Shown: in pieces, positions 1-10,060 of the stretch
How the letters are laid out: each line of letters opens with the position of its first letter
How positions within the stretch are numbered: the stretch's first letter is position 1
From: Vulcanococcus sp.
GTDB taxonomy: Bacteria > Cyanobacteriota > Cyanobacteriia > PCC-6307 > Cyanobiaceae
Length of the DNA: 44,435 nt
Assembly (NCBI RefSeq): GCF_044369115.1
Contig: NZ_JBIPMN010000001.1
Span: 1 to 44,435, forward strand
Direction of reading: 5' to 3'
Program-made: the position numbers and the translations under genes
The notes under the pieces: model-generated
What the model was told of the DNA's origin: nothing
Database searches by the model: none
The model's input: only the letters and a program-made list of their open reading frames with translations

Positions 1-119
1 GCCGGCAGATTGCGCCGCAGCTCGAGGCGAAAGTCGTCGCCTTCGAGTTTGAGCTCCTGGATATCGCTCTCGCCGAGCAGAGCGATCAGCTCCCGCAGTT
101 GGTTGTGATCGAGTTGCAT
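1..119 (-). CDS. accB: Acetyl-CoA carboxylase biotin carboxyl carrier protein, N-terminal part (truncated by window edge)
   Basis: Manual translation MQLDHNQLRELIALLGESDIQELKLEGDDFRLELRRNLP matches the BCCP N-terminus; lies directly downstream of efp, the usual cyanobacterial efp-accB pair. Confidence 0.9.
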   Translation of the reverse strand, partial: MQLDHNQLRELIALLGESDIQELKLEGDDFRLELRRNLP

Positions 120-124
120 GGCGC

Positions 125-685
125 TCAGTTCTCGCGGCCGAGATAGCTGTCGGTGCGGGTGTCGATCTTGATCTTTTCGCCGATCGACAGGAACAGCGGC
201 ACCATCACCTGGGCGCCGGTTTCCACAATCGCGGGCTTGGTGCCGCCGGTGGCGGTGTCGCCCTTCACGCCGGGGTCGGTTTCGGTGATCTCCAACACCA
301 CCGAGTTGGGCAGTTCCACCTCAAGCGGCTTGCTGTTCCAATACACAACGTTCACCTCCATGCCTTCCTTGAGGTACTTGCGCTGATCGCCGATCTGCTT
401 GGCGGTCAGGCGGGTTTCCTCGTAGGAGGCCATATCCATGAAGACGTAGTCGTCGCCTTCCATGTAGGTGTGCTGCAGCACAGCCTTCTCCAGCTGCGCC
501 TGGGGCATGGTCTCCCCGGCGCGGAAGGTTTTTTCCACCACGTTGCCGCTCTGCACCGCCTTGAGCTTGGTGCGCACGAACGCTGAGCCCTTACCGGGCT
601 TCACATGCAGGAATTCAACGACGCGCCAGACCTGGCCATCGAGCTCAATCGTTGTGCCGGTGCGAAAGTCGTTGCTTGAGATCAT
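125..685 (-). CDS. efp: Elongation factor P
   Basis: [10 protein letters not shown] start, [14 protein letters not shown] loop, [17 protein letters not shown]; start trimmed from the 314-aa ORF to ATG at 685. Confidence 0.98.
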   Translation of the reverse strand: MISSNDFRTGTTIELDGQVWRVVEFLHVKPGKGSAFVRTKLKAVQSGNVVEKTFRAGETMPQAQLEKAVLQHTYMEGDDYVFMDMASYEETRLTAKQIGDQRKYLKEGMEVNVVYWNSKPLEVELPNSVVLEITETDPGVKGDTATGGTKPAIVETGAQVMVPLFLSIGEKIKIDTRTDSYLGREN

Positions 686-752
686 TCCGGCAGAACGGGT
701 CAGGCCGGATTGTACGGCTGTGCCAGAGTCCGGGCAGAAACGAGGCTGCAGC

Positions 753-1826
753 ATGGATCTCAAGCGCTGGCTCCTGGCCTTGGTGGTGCTGCTGGGCCTG
801 TGGGGCCCCATCAGCGCCGCCCCGGCCCACGCCGCTTTGCCCCCCGGCAATGCGGTGAAGGACCCCACCGCGATCCTGCGCAACGCCCTGCCGATCGATG
901 CACCGGATCTGCAGGAACTGCAGCACCGCTTAGAGAGCACCAGTGACGACCTACGCGCCAAACGCTGGAGCGCCCTCACCAGCACGGCCCGCCGCAGCCA
1001 GACGCTGCTGAGCAGCAAGCGCGAGGCGATTCTCAAGAGCCTGCCCAGCGCTGACCAAGCCGAGGGCAACGCCCTGCTGGATCAGCTGGAAACACAGCTA
1101 CAGGCCGTGGCCGCTGCCACCGAGGTGAGCGATCGCGACAGCTTCCTGGAGGCCCGCCGGATGGCTCTGAGCACGATCGGCCAGCTCGAGGCGCTGCTGG
1201 TGGGCAATTTCCCGTTTGAGATCCCAGCTGAATACGCCGAGCTACCCCGTCTGCTCGGCCGGGCCACGGTGGAGATCGAAACCACCCAAGGCACCGTCAT
1301 CGCCGTGGTGGATGGCTACAACGCGCCGCTCACAGCCGGTGCGTTTGTGGATCTGGTGCAGAAGGGCTTCTATGACGGCCTCCCGTTCACTCGCGCCGAA
1401 GACTTCTACGTGCTGCAGACCGGCGATCCCAAGGGCCCGGAAACCGGCTACCTCGATCCAAAAACAAAGGCTGAACGCACCGTTCCCCTGGAAATCAAGG
1501 TTCCCGGCGAAGCCGAGCCCTTCTACAACGCCACCTTTGAAGATCTGGGTCAGTTCACGGCGCAGCCGGTGCTGCCCTTCGCCACTCTCGGCACCCTGGG
1601 CTGGGCCCATTCCGATGAAGCGCTCAACGACGGATCGTCGCAGTTCTTCTTCTTCCTCTATGAGGCGGAACTCACCCCCGCGGGCCTCAACCTGGTGGAT
1701 GGCCGCTACAGCGCCTTCGGCTACGTGGTGGACGGTTTCGATGTGCTCGAGGAGCTCGGCATCGAAGACGGCATCGTGAAAGCCAAGGTGATCGAAGGGG
1801 CCGAGAACCTCCAGGCGCACGCCTGA
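753..1826 (+). CDS. Cyclophilin-type peptidyl-prolyl cis-trans isomerase (TLP40/CYP38-like, with signal peptide)
   Basis: Signal peptide ending [13 protein letters not shown], helical domain, cyclophilin domain ([34 protein letters not shown]). Confidence 0.9.
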   Translation: MDLKRWLLALVVLLGLWGPISAAPAHAALPPGNAVKDPTAILRNALPIDAPDLQELQHRLESTSDDLRAKRWSALTSTARRSQTLLSSKREAILKSLPSADQAEGNALLDQLETQLQAVAAATEVSDRDSFLEARRMALSTIGQLEALLVGNFPFEIPAEYAELPRLLGRATVEIETTQGTVIAVVDGYNAPLTAGAFVDLVQKGFYDGLPFTRAEDFYVLQTGDPKGPETGYLDPKTKAERTVPLEIKVPGEAEPFYNATFEDLGQFTAQPVLPFATLGTLGWAHSDEALNDGSSQFFFFLYEAELTPAGLNLVDGRYSAFGYVVDGFDVLEELGIEDGIVKAKVIEGAENLQAHA

Positions 1827-1830
1827 TCCC

Positions 1831-2814
1831 ATGCTGCTGCGCGACCTGGGCGAATGGGAGCTGCTGCGGCTCCTAGCCGCCTACGCCCCGGCCGGCCAGT
1901 TCAACGACGACGCCGCCCTACTGGAGGAACGCAGCGGCCAGCAACTGGTGGTGAACACCGATGTGCTGGTGGAGGGCGTGCACTTCCGTGACGCCACCAT
2001 TGGGCCGAGAGATCTGGGTTGGCGCGCCGCGGCCGCCAACCTCTCGGATCTGGCGGCCATGGGCTGCACCGGCGTGGCCGGTGTCACCGTGGCCCTGGTG
2101 GCCCCCGGTGACACCGCCTGGAGCTGGGTGGAAGGGGTGTACGCGGGGCTGCGCGATGCGCTGGAGCCTTACAGGGCCGTGATTCTCGGGGGCGACTGCA
2201 GCAGCGGCCGCGAGCGGCTGCTCTCGATCACCGCCCTGGGACATGTGGCCAACGGCATGGCGATCCGGCGGGGCGACGGGCGCCCGGGCGACTGGCTGGT
2301 GAGCAGCGGCCCCCATGGCCTGAGCCGTCTGGGGCTGACATTGCTGCTGGATGAGTGGGAGGCCTCCCAGGTGAGTCCAGCACTGCGGGAGCGGGCCATT
2401 GAGGCCCACCGCAGGCCCAAGCCACGGCTGGATGTCGCCAGGGCCCTGCACAGCTGCCGGCCCAGCGGGCAACCCTGGAGGGTGGGGGGCACCGACAGCA
2501 GCGATGGCCTGGCGGCCGCCGTGAAAGCGATTGCCGCCACCAGTGGCTGCGGGGCCCTACTGGAGCGCAACCAGCTGCCGATCGACCCCGAACTGGCCCA
2601 GCTCGAGCCCGGCGAGCGCTGGTGCCTGGGGGGCGGCGAAGATTTCGAGCTGGTGCTGGCGCTGCCGCCCAGCTGGGCCGAGGCACTGCTCGGGGCCTTA
2701 TCTGGCACCAGCCGCATCGGCAGGCTTGTGGAGGCAGAGCCAGGCCTGGTGCGCTGGCAGGAGAGCGGTGAAGCGCTGGCGGCAGCGGAACAAGGGTTTA
2801 CGCATTACCGCTGA
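1831..2814 (+). CDS. thiL: Thiamine-monophosphate kinase
   Basis: GEWELL, NDDAA, NTDVLVEGVHF, ANLSDLAAMG, GGD, DSSDGL, GGEDFEL motifs. Confidence 0.95.
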   Translation: MLLRDLGEWELLRLLAAYAPAGQFNDDAALLEERSGQQLVVNTDVLVEGVHFRDATIGPRDLGWRAAAANLSDLAAMGCTGVAGVTVALVAPGDTAWSWVEGVYAGLRDALEPYRAVILGGDCSSGRERLLSITALGHVANGMAIRRGDGRPGDWLVSSGPHGLSRLGLTLLLDEWEASQVSPALRERAIEAHRRPKPRLDVARALHSCRPSGQPWRVGGTDSSDGLAAAVKAIAATSGCGALLERNQLPIDPELAQLEPGERWCLGGGEDFELVLALPPSWAEALLGALSGTSRIGRLVEAEPGLVRWQESGEALAAAEQGFTHYR

Positions 2815-2856
2815 CCTGCCAGCCAGGGTCGCGATCAACCCAAAGCACAGGCCAGC

Positions 2857-2886
2857 AACAAACAGCCGCCCTTGAAGGGGCGGCTG
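2857..2886 (-). terminator. Intrinsic terminator downstream of gap2, between convergent thiL and gap2
   Basis: Stem CAGCCGCCC (2863-2871) / GGGCGGCTG (2878-2886) followed by TTTGTT on the minus strand. Confidence 0.7.
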
Positions 2887-2930
2887 AAGCGGGTGAGCCC
2901 AGGCTGATCAGCCCCGGGCTGCAACCGAAC

Positions 2931-3953
2931 TCACTTCCAGTTCTTGGCCACGATCTCAGCGAGATCAACAACGCGCTGGCTGTAGCCCCACTCGTTGTCG
3001 TACCAGCACACGATCTTCACCATGTTGCCGCCCATCACCAAGGTGAGATCGGCGTCAACGATGGTGCTCTCATCGGTGCCGGCGTGGTCGCTCGACACCA
3101 GGGGCAGATCGCAGTACTTGATGATCCCCTTCATGCCGTTCTCAGACGCGGCCTTGAGTACGGCATTGACCTCCTCAGCGGTGGTGTCGCGACCGGTCTC
3201 GAACACCATGTCGCACACCGACACGTTGGGGGTAGGCACGCGCAGGGCGATGCCGCTCAGCTTGCCCTTCACCTCGGGGTAAACCAGAGCCACGGCCTTG
3301 GCGGCGCCGGTGCTGGTGGGCACGATGTTCACTGCAGCGGCCCGGGCGCGGCGCAGGTCGCGGTGGGCGGCATCAAGAATGCGCTGGTCACCTGTGTAGC
3401 TGTGGGTGGTGGTCATCGTGCCCTTCACGATGCCGAAGGCCTGGTCGATCGTTTTCACGATCGGCGCCATGCAGTTGGTGGTGCAGCTGGCGTTGGAGAG
3501 GATGTCCCAGTCCTCGTGGCGGTATTGGTCGGCGTTCACGCCCACCACGAAGGTGCCCACCTTGGCGCCCTTACCGGGGGCGGTGAGAATCACTTTCTTG
3601 GCACCGGCCTCGAAGTGCTTGCTGGCGCCCACGTCATCGTTGAACACGCCGGTGGACTCAATCACCAGATCCACGCCCCACTCCTTCCAGGGGAGGTTGG
3701 CGGGGTTGCGGTCGTAGAAGGTTTTGATCGTCTTGCCGTTGACGACAATGGTGTCGTCGGTGGTGGTCACCTCTGCGTTGCGCAGGGGGCCAAGCATCGA
3801 GTCGTACTTGAGCAGGTGAGCGTTGGTGGTCGTGTCACCTGAGCCGTTGATGCCCACCAGCTCGATGCCGGTGTTCTCTCCACGGCTGAGCCAGCAACGC
3901 ATGAAGTTGCGACCGATACGGCCGAATCCATTGATCGCAACCTTGATGGTCAT
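2931..3953 (-). CDS. gap2: Type I glyceraldehyde-3-phosphate dehydrogenase, Gap2 (Calvin cycle) type
   Basis: INGFGRIGR, catalytic [19 protein letters not shown]-loop, WYDNEWGYS. Confidence 0.95.
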   Translation of the reverse strand: MTIKVAINGFGRIGRNFMRCWLSRGENTGIELVGINGSGDTTTNAHLLKYDSMLGPLRNAEVTTTDDTIVVNGKTIKTFYDRNPANLPWKEWGVDLVIESTGVFNDDVGASKHFEAGAKKVILTAPGKGAKVGTFVVGVNADQYRHEDWDILSNASCTTNCMAPIVKTIDQAFGIVKGTMTTTHSYTGDQRILDAAHRDLRRARAAAVNIVPTSTGAAKAVALVYPEVKGKLSGIALRVPTPNVSVCDMVFETGRDTTAEEVNAVLKAASENGMKGIIKYCDLPLVSSDHAGTDESTIVDADLTLVMGGNMVKIVCWYDNEWGYSQRVVDLAEIVAKNWK

Positions 3954-3998
3954 GGCATCGAGCGGGGAAGCCCGCTAGCAAGGGGGATTTGGCCGCCG

Positions 3999-4038
3999 AT
4001 CATACAGAGATCATTGGGATGTCCCCATCTGGGGACAT
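3999..4038 (-). promoter_or_regulatory. Putative gap2 promoter: -10 TATGAT plus inverted repeat over the -35 region
   Basis: TATGAT on minus strand at 4004-3999; perfect inverted repeat ATGTCCCCA-TC-TGGGGACAT at 4019-4038. Confidence 0.45.
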
Positions 4039-4139
4039 GGGTTTCAGAGCCTGGATCGAGGCTCTCAAATCCCTCTCAAACACACCGATCCGGGCAGACA
4101 AGGGGAACTTCCCGGCTTACCGTCTCCCCAGGCTTGGAG

Positions 4140-5588
4140 ATGCCCTTGGCCCAACAGCTCGATCGCCGTCAACCCCTCCATTTCATTGGAGTCGGCGGCA
4201 TCGGCATGTCGGCCATCGCCGGAATCCTGGCGGATCGGGGCTACCAAGTGAGTGGTTCCGACCCACGCGACAACGCTGTGCTGCAGGACCTGCGCAGCCG
4301 TGGTGTACGGGTCTTCCGCGAGCAGAGCGCCACCACTATCGCCGCCATCCGCAGCGGCACCTCCACCCAGCCGCTGGTGGTGGTGAGTTCAGCGGTGCCC
4401 GCCACGAACCCTGAACTGCAGGAAGCCCGCCGGGCAGGCCTGGAGATCGCCCATCGCTCCGATGTGCTGGCGGCGCTGATCGCCGGCCAGAGCTCCGTGG
4501 CCGTGGCTGGCAGCCATGGCAAAACCACCACCAGCACGCTGATCGCGAGCCTGCTGCACGCCACCAACCACGACCCCACCGCCGTGATCGGCGGCGTGGT
4601 GCCCGCCTTCGGCAGCAATGGCCGCAACGGCAAGGGCGCCCTGCTGGTGGCCGAGGCCGATGAATCCGATGGAACCCTGGTGAAGTTCCAGGCCTGGTTG
4701 GGAGTGATCACCAACCTGGAGCTCGATCACACCGATCACTACCCCGATCTGGCCGCCCTGATCGCCACACTGCAACGCTTCGGGCGCGGCTGCGGGCAGC
4801 TGCTGGCCAACCGCGACTGTCCGATCCTCAGCCAGCAGTTCAACGCCAGCCACTGGTGGTCCACCAGCAGCCCAGATGGAGCTGATTTCGCGGCCATCCC
4901 TGTAGAGCTCAGCGGTGACAGCACCCTGGCGGACTTCTACGAGCAGGGCACCTGCGTGGGCCGGTTCACGCTGCCGCTGCCCGGACTGCACAACCTCAGC
5001 AATGCAACCGCTGCCATGGCCGCCTGCCGGCTGCATGGCGTGTCGTTTGCGGAGCTGCGCCAGGCGGTGGAGGGCCTGCAGGCGCCCGGTCGCCGCTTCG
5101 ACTACCGCGGCACCTGGGCCGAGCGCCAAGTGGTGGATGACTACGCCCATCACCCCAGCGAGGTGGGTGCCACGCTGGCCACCGCGCAGCTGATGGTGAG
5201 CAGTGGCCGCAGCTCCTTACCAGAGCCCCCACAACGGGTGCTGGCGGTGTTCCAGCCCCATCGCTACAGCCGCACCGCCGAATTCCTGGAGCCCTTCGCC
5301 GCGGCCCTGGGCCAGGCCGATGAGGTGCTGCTGGCTCCGCTGTACGCAGCCGGGGAAGCGCCGATCGCCGGTATCTCCAGCCATGCCCTGGCCGCCGCCA
5401 TCCAACGGCTCAGGCCCGACCTGGCGGTGACGGTGGCCGACAGCCTCGACGAGCTGGCCGATGCGGTGGCCGAGCGGAGCGTTCCAGGCGATCTGGTGCT
5501 GGCCATGGGTGCCGGCGATGTGAATGGGCTTTGGGGGCGCCTGCAGAAGCGCGAAGACCCCCTCGCCACGTTTCCCTTAGCGGCATGA
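4140..5588 (+). CDS. murC: UDP-N-acetylmuramate--L-alanine ligase
   Basis: [42 protein letters not shown]; start placed at ATG 4140. Confidence 0.96.
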   Translation: MPLAQQLDRRQPLHFIGVGGIGMSAIAGILADRGYQVSGSDPRDNAVLQDLRSRGVRVFREQSATTIAAIRSGTSTQPLVVVSSAVPATNPELQEARRAGLEIAHRSDVLAALIAGQSSVAVAGSHGKTTTSTLIASLLHATNHDPTAVIGGVVPAFGSNGRNGKGALLVAEADESDGTLVKFQAWLGVITNLELDHTDHYPDLAALIATLQRFGRGCGQLLANRDCPILSQQFNASHWWSTSSPDGADFAAIPVELSGDSTLADFYEQGTCVGRFTLPLPGLHNLSNATAAMAACRLHGVSFAELRQAVEGLQAPGRRFDYRGTWAERQVVDDYAHHPSEVGATLATAQLMVSSGRSSLPEPPQRVLAVFQPHRYSRTAEFLEPFAAALGQADEVLLAPLYAAGEAPIAGISSHALAAAIQRLRPDLAVTVADSLDELADAVAERSVPGDLVLAMGAGDVNGLWGRLQKREDPLATFPLAA

Positions 5589-6502
5589 CGTCCGCCACCC
5601 CCCTCGGCCTGCGGCGCTCCGTGGGATTGGCGGACTACACCACCTGGCGGGTGGGCGGATCGGCCCAGTGGTTTGCGGAACCGGAGAGCGCTCTTCAGCT
5701 GCAGGCTCTACTCGCCTGGGCTCAGGCCGAAGGCCTGCCGAGTTTGGTGATCGGCGCCGGCTCCAACCTGCTGGTGAGCGATGCAGGCCTTGAAGGCCTC
5801 ACCCTCTGCAACCGCCGCCTACAGGGCGCCGCTCTCGATTCCAGCACCGGCCTGATCGAAGCCCAGGCCGGCGAACCGATCCCGAGCCTGGCGCGCCGGG
5901 CCGCCCGGGCTGGCCTCTCTGGCCTGGAGTGGTCTGTCGGCATCCCCGGCACGGTGGGTGGCGCCGCCGTGATGAACGCCGGCGCCCAGGGGGGCTGCAC
6001 CGCGGAGGTGCTGGAGAGCGTCACGGTGATTGAGCCCCACAAGCCCAACCAGCCATTCGCACTACGCGCCGGCGAGCTCGATTTCGCCTACCGCCACAGC
6101 CGCTTGCAAGAGGAGCCGCTGGTGGTGCTCTCCGCTCGCTTCCGGCTGAACGCCGGCCACGATCCAGCCGAAGTGAGCCGGCGCACCAGCAGCAATCTGC
6201 ACAGTCGCACCAGCACCCAGCCGTATCAGCAGCCCAGCTGCGGCAGCGTGTTCCGCAATCCCGAACCCCAGAAGGCCGGCCAACTGATCGAGGCCCTGGG
6301 CCTCAAGGGCCTGAGCATCGGCGGGGCACAAGTGTCGCCGATTCACGCCAATTTCATCGTGAACACCGGCGCCGCCACCGCCGCCGAGATCGATCACCTG
6401 ATCAGCGCGGTACAGGAGCGGATCCAGGCCGCCCACGGCATCACCCTGCACACCGAAGTGAAGCGGCTGGGCCCCTTCAAGGGCATTGCTCTCGCCGCCT
6501 GA
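5585..6502 (+). CDS. murB: UDP-N-acetylenolpyruvoylglucosamine reductase
   Basis: [41 protein letters not shown]; ATGA overlap with the murC stop. Confidence 0.96.
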   Translation: MTSATPLGLRRSVGLADYTTWRVGGSAQWFAEPESALQLQALLAWAQAEGLPSLVIGAGSNLLVSDAGLEGLTLCNRRLQGAALDSSTGLIEAQAGEPIPSLARRAARAGLSGLEWSVGIPGTVGGAAVMNAGAQGGCTAEVLESVTVIEPHKPNQPFALRAGELDFAYRHSRLQEEPLVVLSARFRLNAGHDPAEVSRRTSSNLHSRTSTQPYQQPSCGSVFRNPEPQKAGQLIEALGLKGLSIGGAQVSPIHANFIVNTGAATAAEIDHLISAVQERIQAAHGITLHTEVKRLGPFKGIALAA

Positions 6503-6551
6503 GCCCACCCGCAGCACCGCGTAACCTGCGCCCAACTGCACAGGCGCCGCG

Positions 6552-6890
6552 ATGGCCGGTTTCGGACTTCCCAACTTCGGCCAGCTCACCGAAGCCTTCA
6601 AGAAGGCGCAGCAGATCCAACAGGATGCCGCCAAGCTCCAGGAGGAGCTCGATGCGATGGAGCTCGAAGGCACCAGCAGCTGCGGCCGCGCCAGCGTGTG
6701 GCTCTCCGGCAACCAGCAACCGCTGAAGGTGCGCCTCGATCCCGCCCTGCTGGCCGAGGGTGCTCCTGCCGCAGAAGCCGCCACCCTCGATGCCCTCAAA
6801 GCCGCCTATGAGCTCTCCACGGGCACGATGAAGCAGCGCATGGAAGAGCTCACCGGCGGGCTCAATCTCAACCTGCCTGGCCTGGGCTGA
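6552..6890 (+). CDS. YbaB/EbfC family nucleoid-associated protein
   Basis: 112 aa, [17 protein letters not shown] coiled coil, [17 protein letters not shown]-terminus. Confidence 0.9.
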   Translation: MAGFGLPNFGQLTEAFKKAQQIQQDAAKLQEELDAMELEGTSSCGRASVWLSGNQQPLKVRLDPALLAEGAPAAEAATLDALKAAYELSTGTMKQRMEELTGGLNLNLPGLG

Positions 6891-6899
6891 GCCCGAGGC

Positions 6900-7913
6900 T
6901 CACTCCGCCTCGTCGGGTTCATTCTGGCGCTGACGGCGCCGCGACACCTGCCGCAAACGCTGATCCAGCAGCGGCTCGCGGCGACTGCCCCGCTGCTTGA
7001 GGCCAGCCCCTTCCGCGCTGCGGGAACGCTCCCGCCGCGCCGCTGCCTGCACGGCCTCCAGGCAGCTGATGTAGAGCGGATGGCGATCCCAGTCGGCGCC
7101 CACGGCGCAGCCGGGATCGCCTTGATGCAGGCAATTCTTGAAGCGGCAAACGCCTCCTAGCAGGCGCTCACGAATTTCAGGAAAGAGCGGCCCCAGCTCC
7201 TCGGGATCCGCGGGCAGATCCGGGCGGTTGAAACCCGGCGTGTCGGCCAACAAGGCGCCAGGGGCCAGCGGGAACAACTCCACATGCCGGGTGGTGTGTC
7301 GGCCGCGCTGCAGCCGGCCCGACACGGCACTCACCCGCAGGGCCAGTTCAGGCACCAGAGCATTGATCAGGCTGCTTTTGCCCACACCGGAGGGGCCGCA
7401 CAGCACCGCAATCCCGGGCTGGGTAAGGCGCTCCCGCAAGGCAGCGATCCCCTCGCCCTGCTGCGACGACACCAAGAGCGGCTCGTAGCCCCAAGCCTGC
7501 AGGCGCTCATGCCAGCTCCGTTGCTGCGCGGCGCTGAGCAGATCGGCCTTGGTGAGCACCAGCTCCACCGCCACGCCGGTGCGCTCCGCCGTGAGCAGAA
7601 AACGGGTGAGCTGCAGCAGATCGAGCTCGGGCTGCTCCAGCGCCACCGCCACCACCACCCGGCTGCAGTTGGCCACCGCCGGTCGCTCCAGCAGGCTGCT
7701 GCGCGGTTCGAGGCCCGCCACGGCACCGCGGCGCTCTGGCCAGTCGATGCCATCGATCTGCACGTGATCGCCCACACAGATCTGCTGGCCGGTTTTGCCG
7801 AGGCGGGTGCGACGCACGCAGAGCAGGTGCTCGATGCCATCAGGTCCGGGTTGATCGAGCTGCACACGGCAGAAGTTGGCCTCCAGGGCCATCACCCGCG
7901 CCGCTTCAGCCAA
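6900..7913 (-). CDS. rsgA: Ribosome small subunit-dependent GTPase A
   Basis: Circularly permuted GTPase motifs TKAD, GPSGVGKSS, GRHTT, DTPG; Zn motif CRFKNCLHQGDPGC. Confidence 0.95.
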   Translation of the reverse strand: MAEAARVMALEANFCRVQLDQPGPDGIEHLLCVRRTRLGKTGQQICVGDHVQIDGIDWPERRGAVAGLEPRSSLLERPAVANCSRVVVAVALEQPELDLLQLTRFLLTAERTGVAVELVLTKADLLSAAQQRSWHERLQAWGYEPLLVSSQQGEGIAALRERLTQPGIAVLCGPSGVGKSSLINALVPELALRVSAVSGRLQRGRHTTRHVELFPLAPGALLADTPGFNRPDLPADPEELGPLFPEIRERLLGGVCRFKNCLHQGDPGCAVGADWDRHPLYISCLEAVQAAARRERSRSAEGAGLKQRGSRREPLLDQRLRQVSRRRQRQNEPDEAE

Positions 7914-8157
7914 GGCGCTGGATCAGCAGGCGCACACCACCGCCCTCCCCGGATTGACGCTCAACACGATGCCCAGCCTCACGCAACCCGGAGGCCACCA
8001 TCTGCTCGGGCTCACCTGGATCCAGCTCGAGCTGCAGCCAGGCGCCGGGATCGAGCTTCTCCAGTGCCAGCTTGCTGCGGATGAAATTGAGCGGGCAGGG
8101 CGTGCCGCGCAGGTCGAGCTGCAGGGCTGAATCCGGCACAGCAGCAGAATCGCTCAC
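7906..8157 (-). CDS. TusA/SirA family sulfur carrier protein
   Basis: [12 protein letters not shown] (CPxP-like motif), 83 aa. Confidence 0.88.
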   Translation of the reverse strand: MSDSAAVPDSALQLDLRGTPCPLNFIRSKLALEKLDPGAWLQLELDPGEPEQMVASGLREAGHRVERQSGEGGGVRLLIQRLG

Positions 8158-9284
8158 CCAAACAGCCCGCCGAACAGACCGCTCTTGTGGGGGTGTTTGT
8201 GCCCCTTCGCGGTGTGATGGCCGGCCAGCTGCTCCAGCAGCTCCTTCTCCTCGCGGTTGAGCTTGGTGGGCAGCTGCACCTTGATCGCGATCAGGTGATT
8301 GCCGCGAGCAACGGGGTTGCCCAGCTTGGGCACGCCCTTGCCGGTGAGGGTGAGCACCGCGCCAGGCTGGGTGCCGGCGGGGATCTCCAGCTGCTCGTGG
8401 CCATCCACGCTTTCCACCTCGATCGTGTCGCCGAGGATCGCTTGGAGGTAATTCACCGTCACCTCCGAGTGGATGTTGATGCCGTCGCGGCGCAGGTGCG
8501 GATGCGACTGCACCGTGAGGAACACATACAAATCACCCGGCGGGCCACCGCGCTGACCGGCGTTGCCTTCGTTGGCCACCCGCAGGCGGGTACCGCTGTC
8601 CACGCCAGCGGGGATGTTGATGCGCAGCTTCTTGCGCACCTGCTGCAGACCCTGACCGCCGCAGGCGTTACAGGGGTCGGCGATCACCTGACCGCTGCCC
8701 TCGCAGGTGGGGCAAGGGGCCACCTGGGTGAAGCTGCCAAAGGGGGTACGGGTGGCGCGGCGCACCTGGCCGGCCCCGCCGCAGGTGCCGCAACTGGTGG
8801 GGCCGCTGCCACTCTTGGCGCCGGAGCCGCTGCAGGTGCTGCAGGTTTCCAGATGGCGAATCTGGATCTCTTTTTCCTTGCCGAACACCGCTTCGCTGAA
8901 GCTCACGGTGAGGTCGAAGCGCAGGTCATCACCCTGGCGGGGGCCGCGGCGGCGGGCACCACCGCCACCGGGGCCGCCCATGCCACCGCCGCCAAAACCG
9001 CTAAAGAAGGTTTCGAACAGATCGGCGAAGCCGCCCATATCGCCCATGTCGGGCATGCCGGCAGCGCCGCCGAGGCCGGCCTCACCGAACTGGTCGTAGC
9101 GGGCGCGGGTTTGGGGATCACTCAGCACCTCATAGGCGCGGCCGATCTCCTTGAACTTGTCTTCGGCACCTGGATCTTTGTTGATATCCGGGTGGTATTG
9201 ACGCGCCAAACGCCGATAGGCCCGCTTGAGGGTGTCGGCATCGGAATCGCGGGCGACCCCCAGCAGGTCGTAGTAATCGGCCAT
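8154..9284 (-). CDS. dnaJ: Chaperone DnaJ (type I)
   Basis: J domain with HPD, G/F-rich linker, four CxxCxGxG repeats. Confidence 0.98.
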   Translation of the reverse strand: MADYYDLLGVARDSDADTLKRAYRRLARQYHPDINKDPGAEDKFKEIGRAYEVLSDPQTRARYDQFGEAGLGGAAGMPDMGDMGGFADLFETFFSGFGGGGMGGPGGGGARRRGPRQGDDLRFDLTVSFSEAVFGKEKEIQIRHLETCSTCSGSGAKSGSGPTSCGTCGGAGQVRRATRTPFGSFTQVAPCPTCEGSGQVIADPCNACGGQGLQQVRKKLRINIPAGVDSGTRLRVANEGNAGQRGGPPGDLYVFLTVQSHPHLRRDGINIHSEVTVNYLQAILGDTIEVESVDGHEQLEIPAGTQPGAVLTLTGKGVPKLGNPVARGNHLIAIKVQLPTKLNREEKELLEQLAGHHTAKGHKHPHKSGLFGGLFG

Positions 9285-9287
9285 CGA

Positions 9288-9965
9288 TCAGGCCTCGTTC
9301 TCGGCGGGCGCGCTGTCAGCCGGGGCAGCCTCGGAGCCGCCGGGACCGGGGCCCATCGACACCTTCACCAGGGCGTGACGCAGCACCCTGCCGTTGAGGT
9401 GGTAACCCCGCTGCAGCTCGGCGATCACAACGTCTTCGCTGTGCTCATCGCTGGGCTCCCGCAGCACGGCCTCATGCAGGTTGGGATCGAAAGGTTCACC
9501 CTCCACGCGCATCGGCGAGACGCCGAGCTGCTTGAACACATCCACCAGCTGCTTGTAGAGGCCTTGGTAGCTGCGGTGGATGGTCTGGGCCTCCTCGGCC
9601 TGGGGTTCGAGCTGCTGGCGGGCGCGCTCGAAGTTGTCCACCACCGGCAGGATTTCGCTGAGGGTGTTGCAGGCGATCTGCACGCGCAGATCATCCTGAT
9701 CGCGGCTCTGACGCTTGCGGAAATTATCAAAATCGGCGGCGATACGCATGTATTGGCTGCGCACCGATTCGTGCTCGGCCTTCAGCGCTTCGAGCTCCGC
9801 CTCCAGCTCCCGCACCCGCTGCTCAGGATCAGCGCTGGCCGCAGGAGCCTCAGCAGGAGCTTCGGGAGCAGGAGCCTGCTCTGCCGCCACCTCAGCAGGG
9901 GCTTCACCAGAGGTGTTGAGGGTATCGGCGGATTCCTGGGGGAAGGGGGTCGCTTCGCCGCTCAT
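9288..9965 (-). CDS. grpE: Nucleotide exchange factor GrpE
   Basis: [47 protein letters not shown]; start at ATG 9965. Confidence 0.96.
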   Translation of the reverse strand: MSGEATPFPQESADTLNTSGEAPAEVAAEQAPAPEAPAEAPAASADPEQRVRELEAELEALKAEHESVRSQYMRIAADFDNFRKRQSRDQDDLRVQIACNTLSEILPVVDNFERARQQLEPQAEEAQTIHRSYQGLYKQLVDVFKQLGVSPMRVEGEPFDPNLHEAVLREPSDEHSEDVVIAELQRGYHLNGRVLRHALVKVSMGPGPGGSEAAPADSAPAENEA

Positions 9966-10060
9966 GCTGACCGAACCGGAGATCTGTTCTAGACATGTTG
10001 GTGTGAAGGGGCTCCCCCCCACAAGCGGCGGAAGCCCGCACCTCCCGTGCACAGCCGCTA

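Noticed and set aside
705-733. CCGGATTGTAC-GGCTG-TGCCAGAGTCCGG as a seventh palindrome copy
   Set aside because: Arm spacing differs and the right half is poor; better explained by a minus-strand TACAAT -10 box for efp
686-1069. Long N-terminal extensions in the ORF track for efp (also cyclophilin, murC, grpE, recN, thrC, dnaN)
   Set aside because: Artefacts of choosing the most upstream start; they overlap neighbouring genes or promoters and lack family similarity
8187-9992. 601-aa plus-strand ORF, and similar long ORFs such as 18148-19839, 21078-22568, 27053-28363, 41615-43102, 43053-44402
   Set aside because: Antisense shadows of well-supported genes, expected from GC-rich codon bias; no recognisable motifs
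9288-10060. grpE-dnaJ without dnaK, and a possible CIRCE element upstream
   Set aside because: Separation of dnaK is ordinary in this group; no TTAGCACTC-N9-GAGTGCTAA was found
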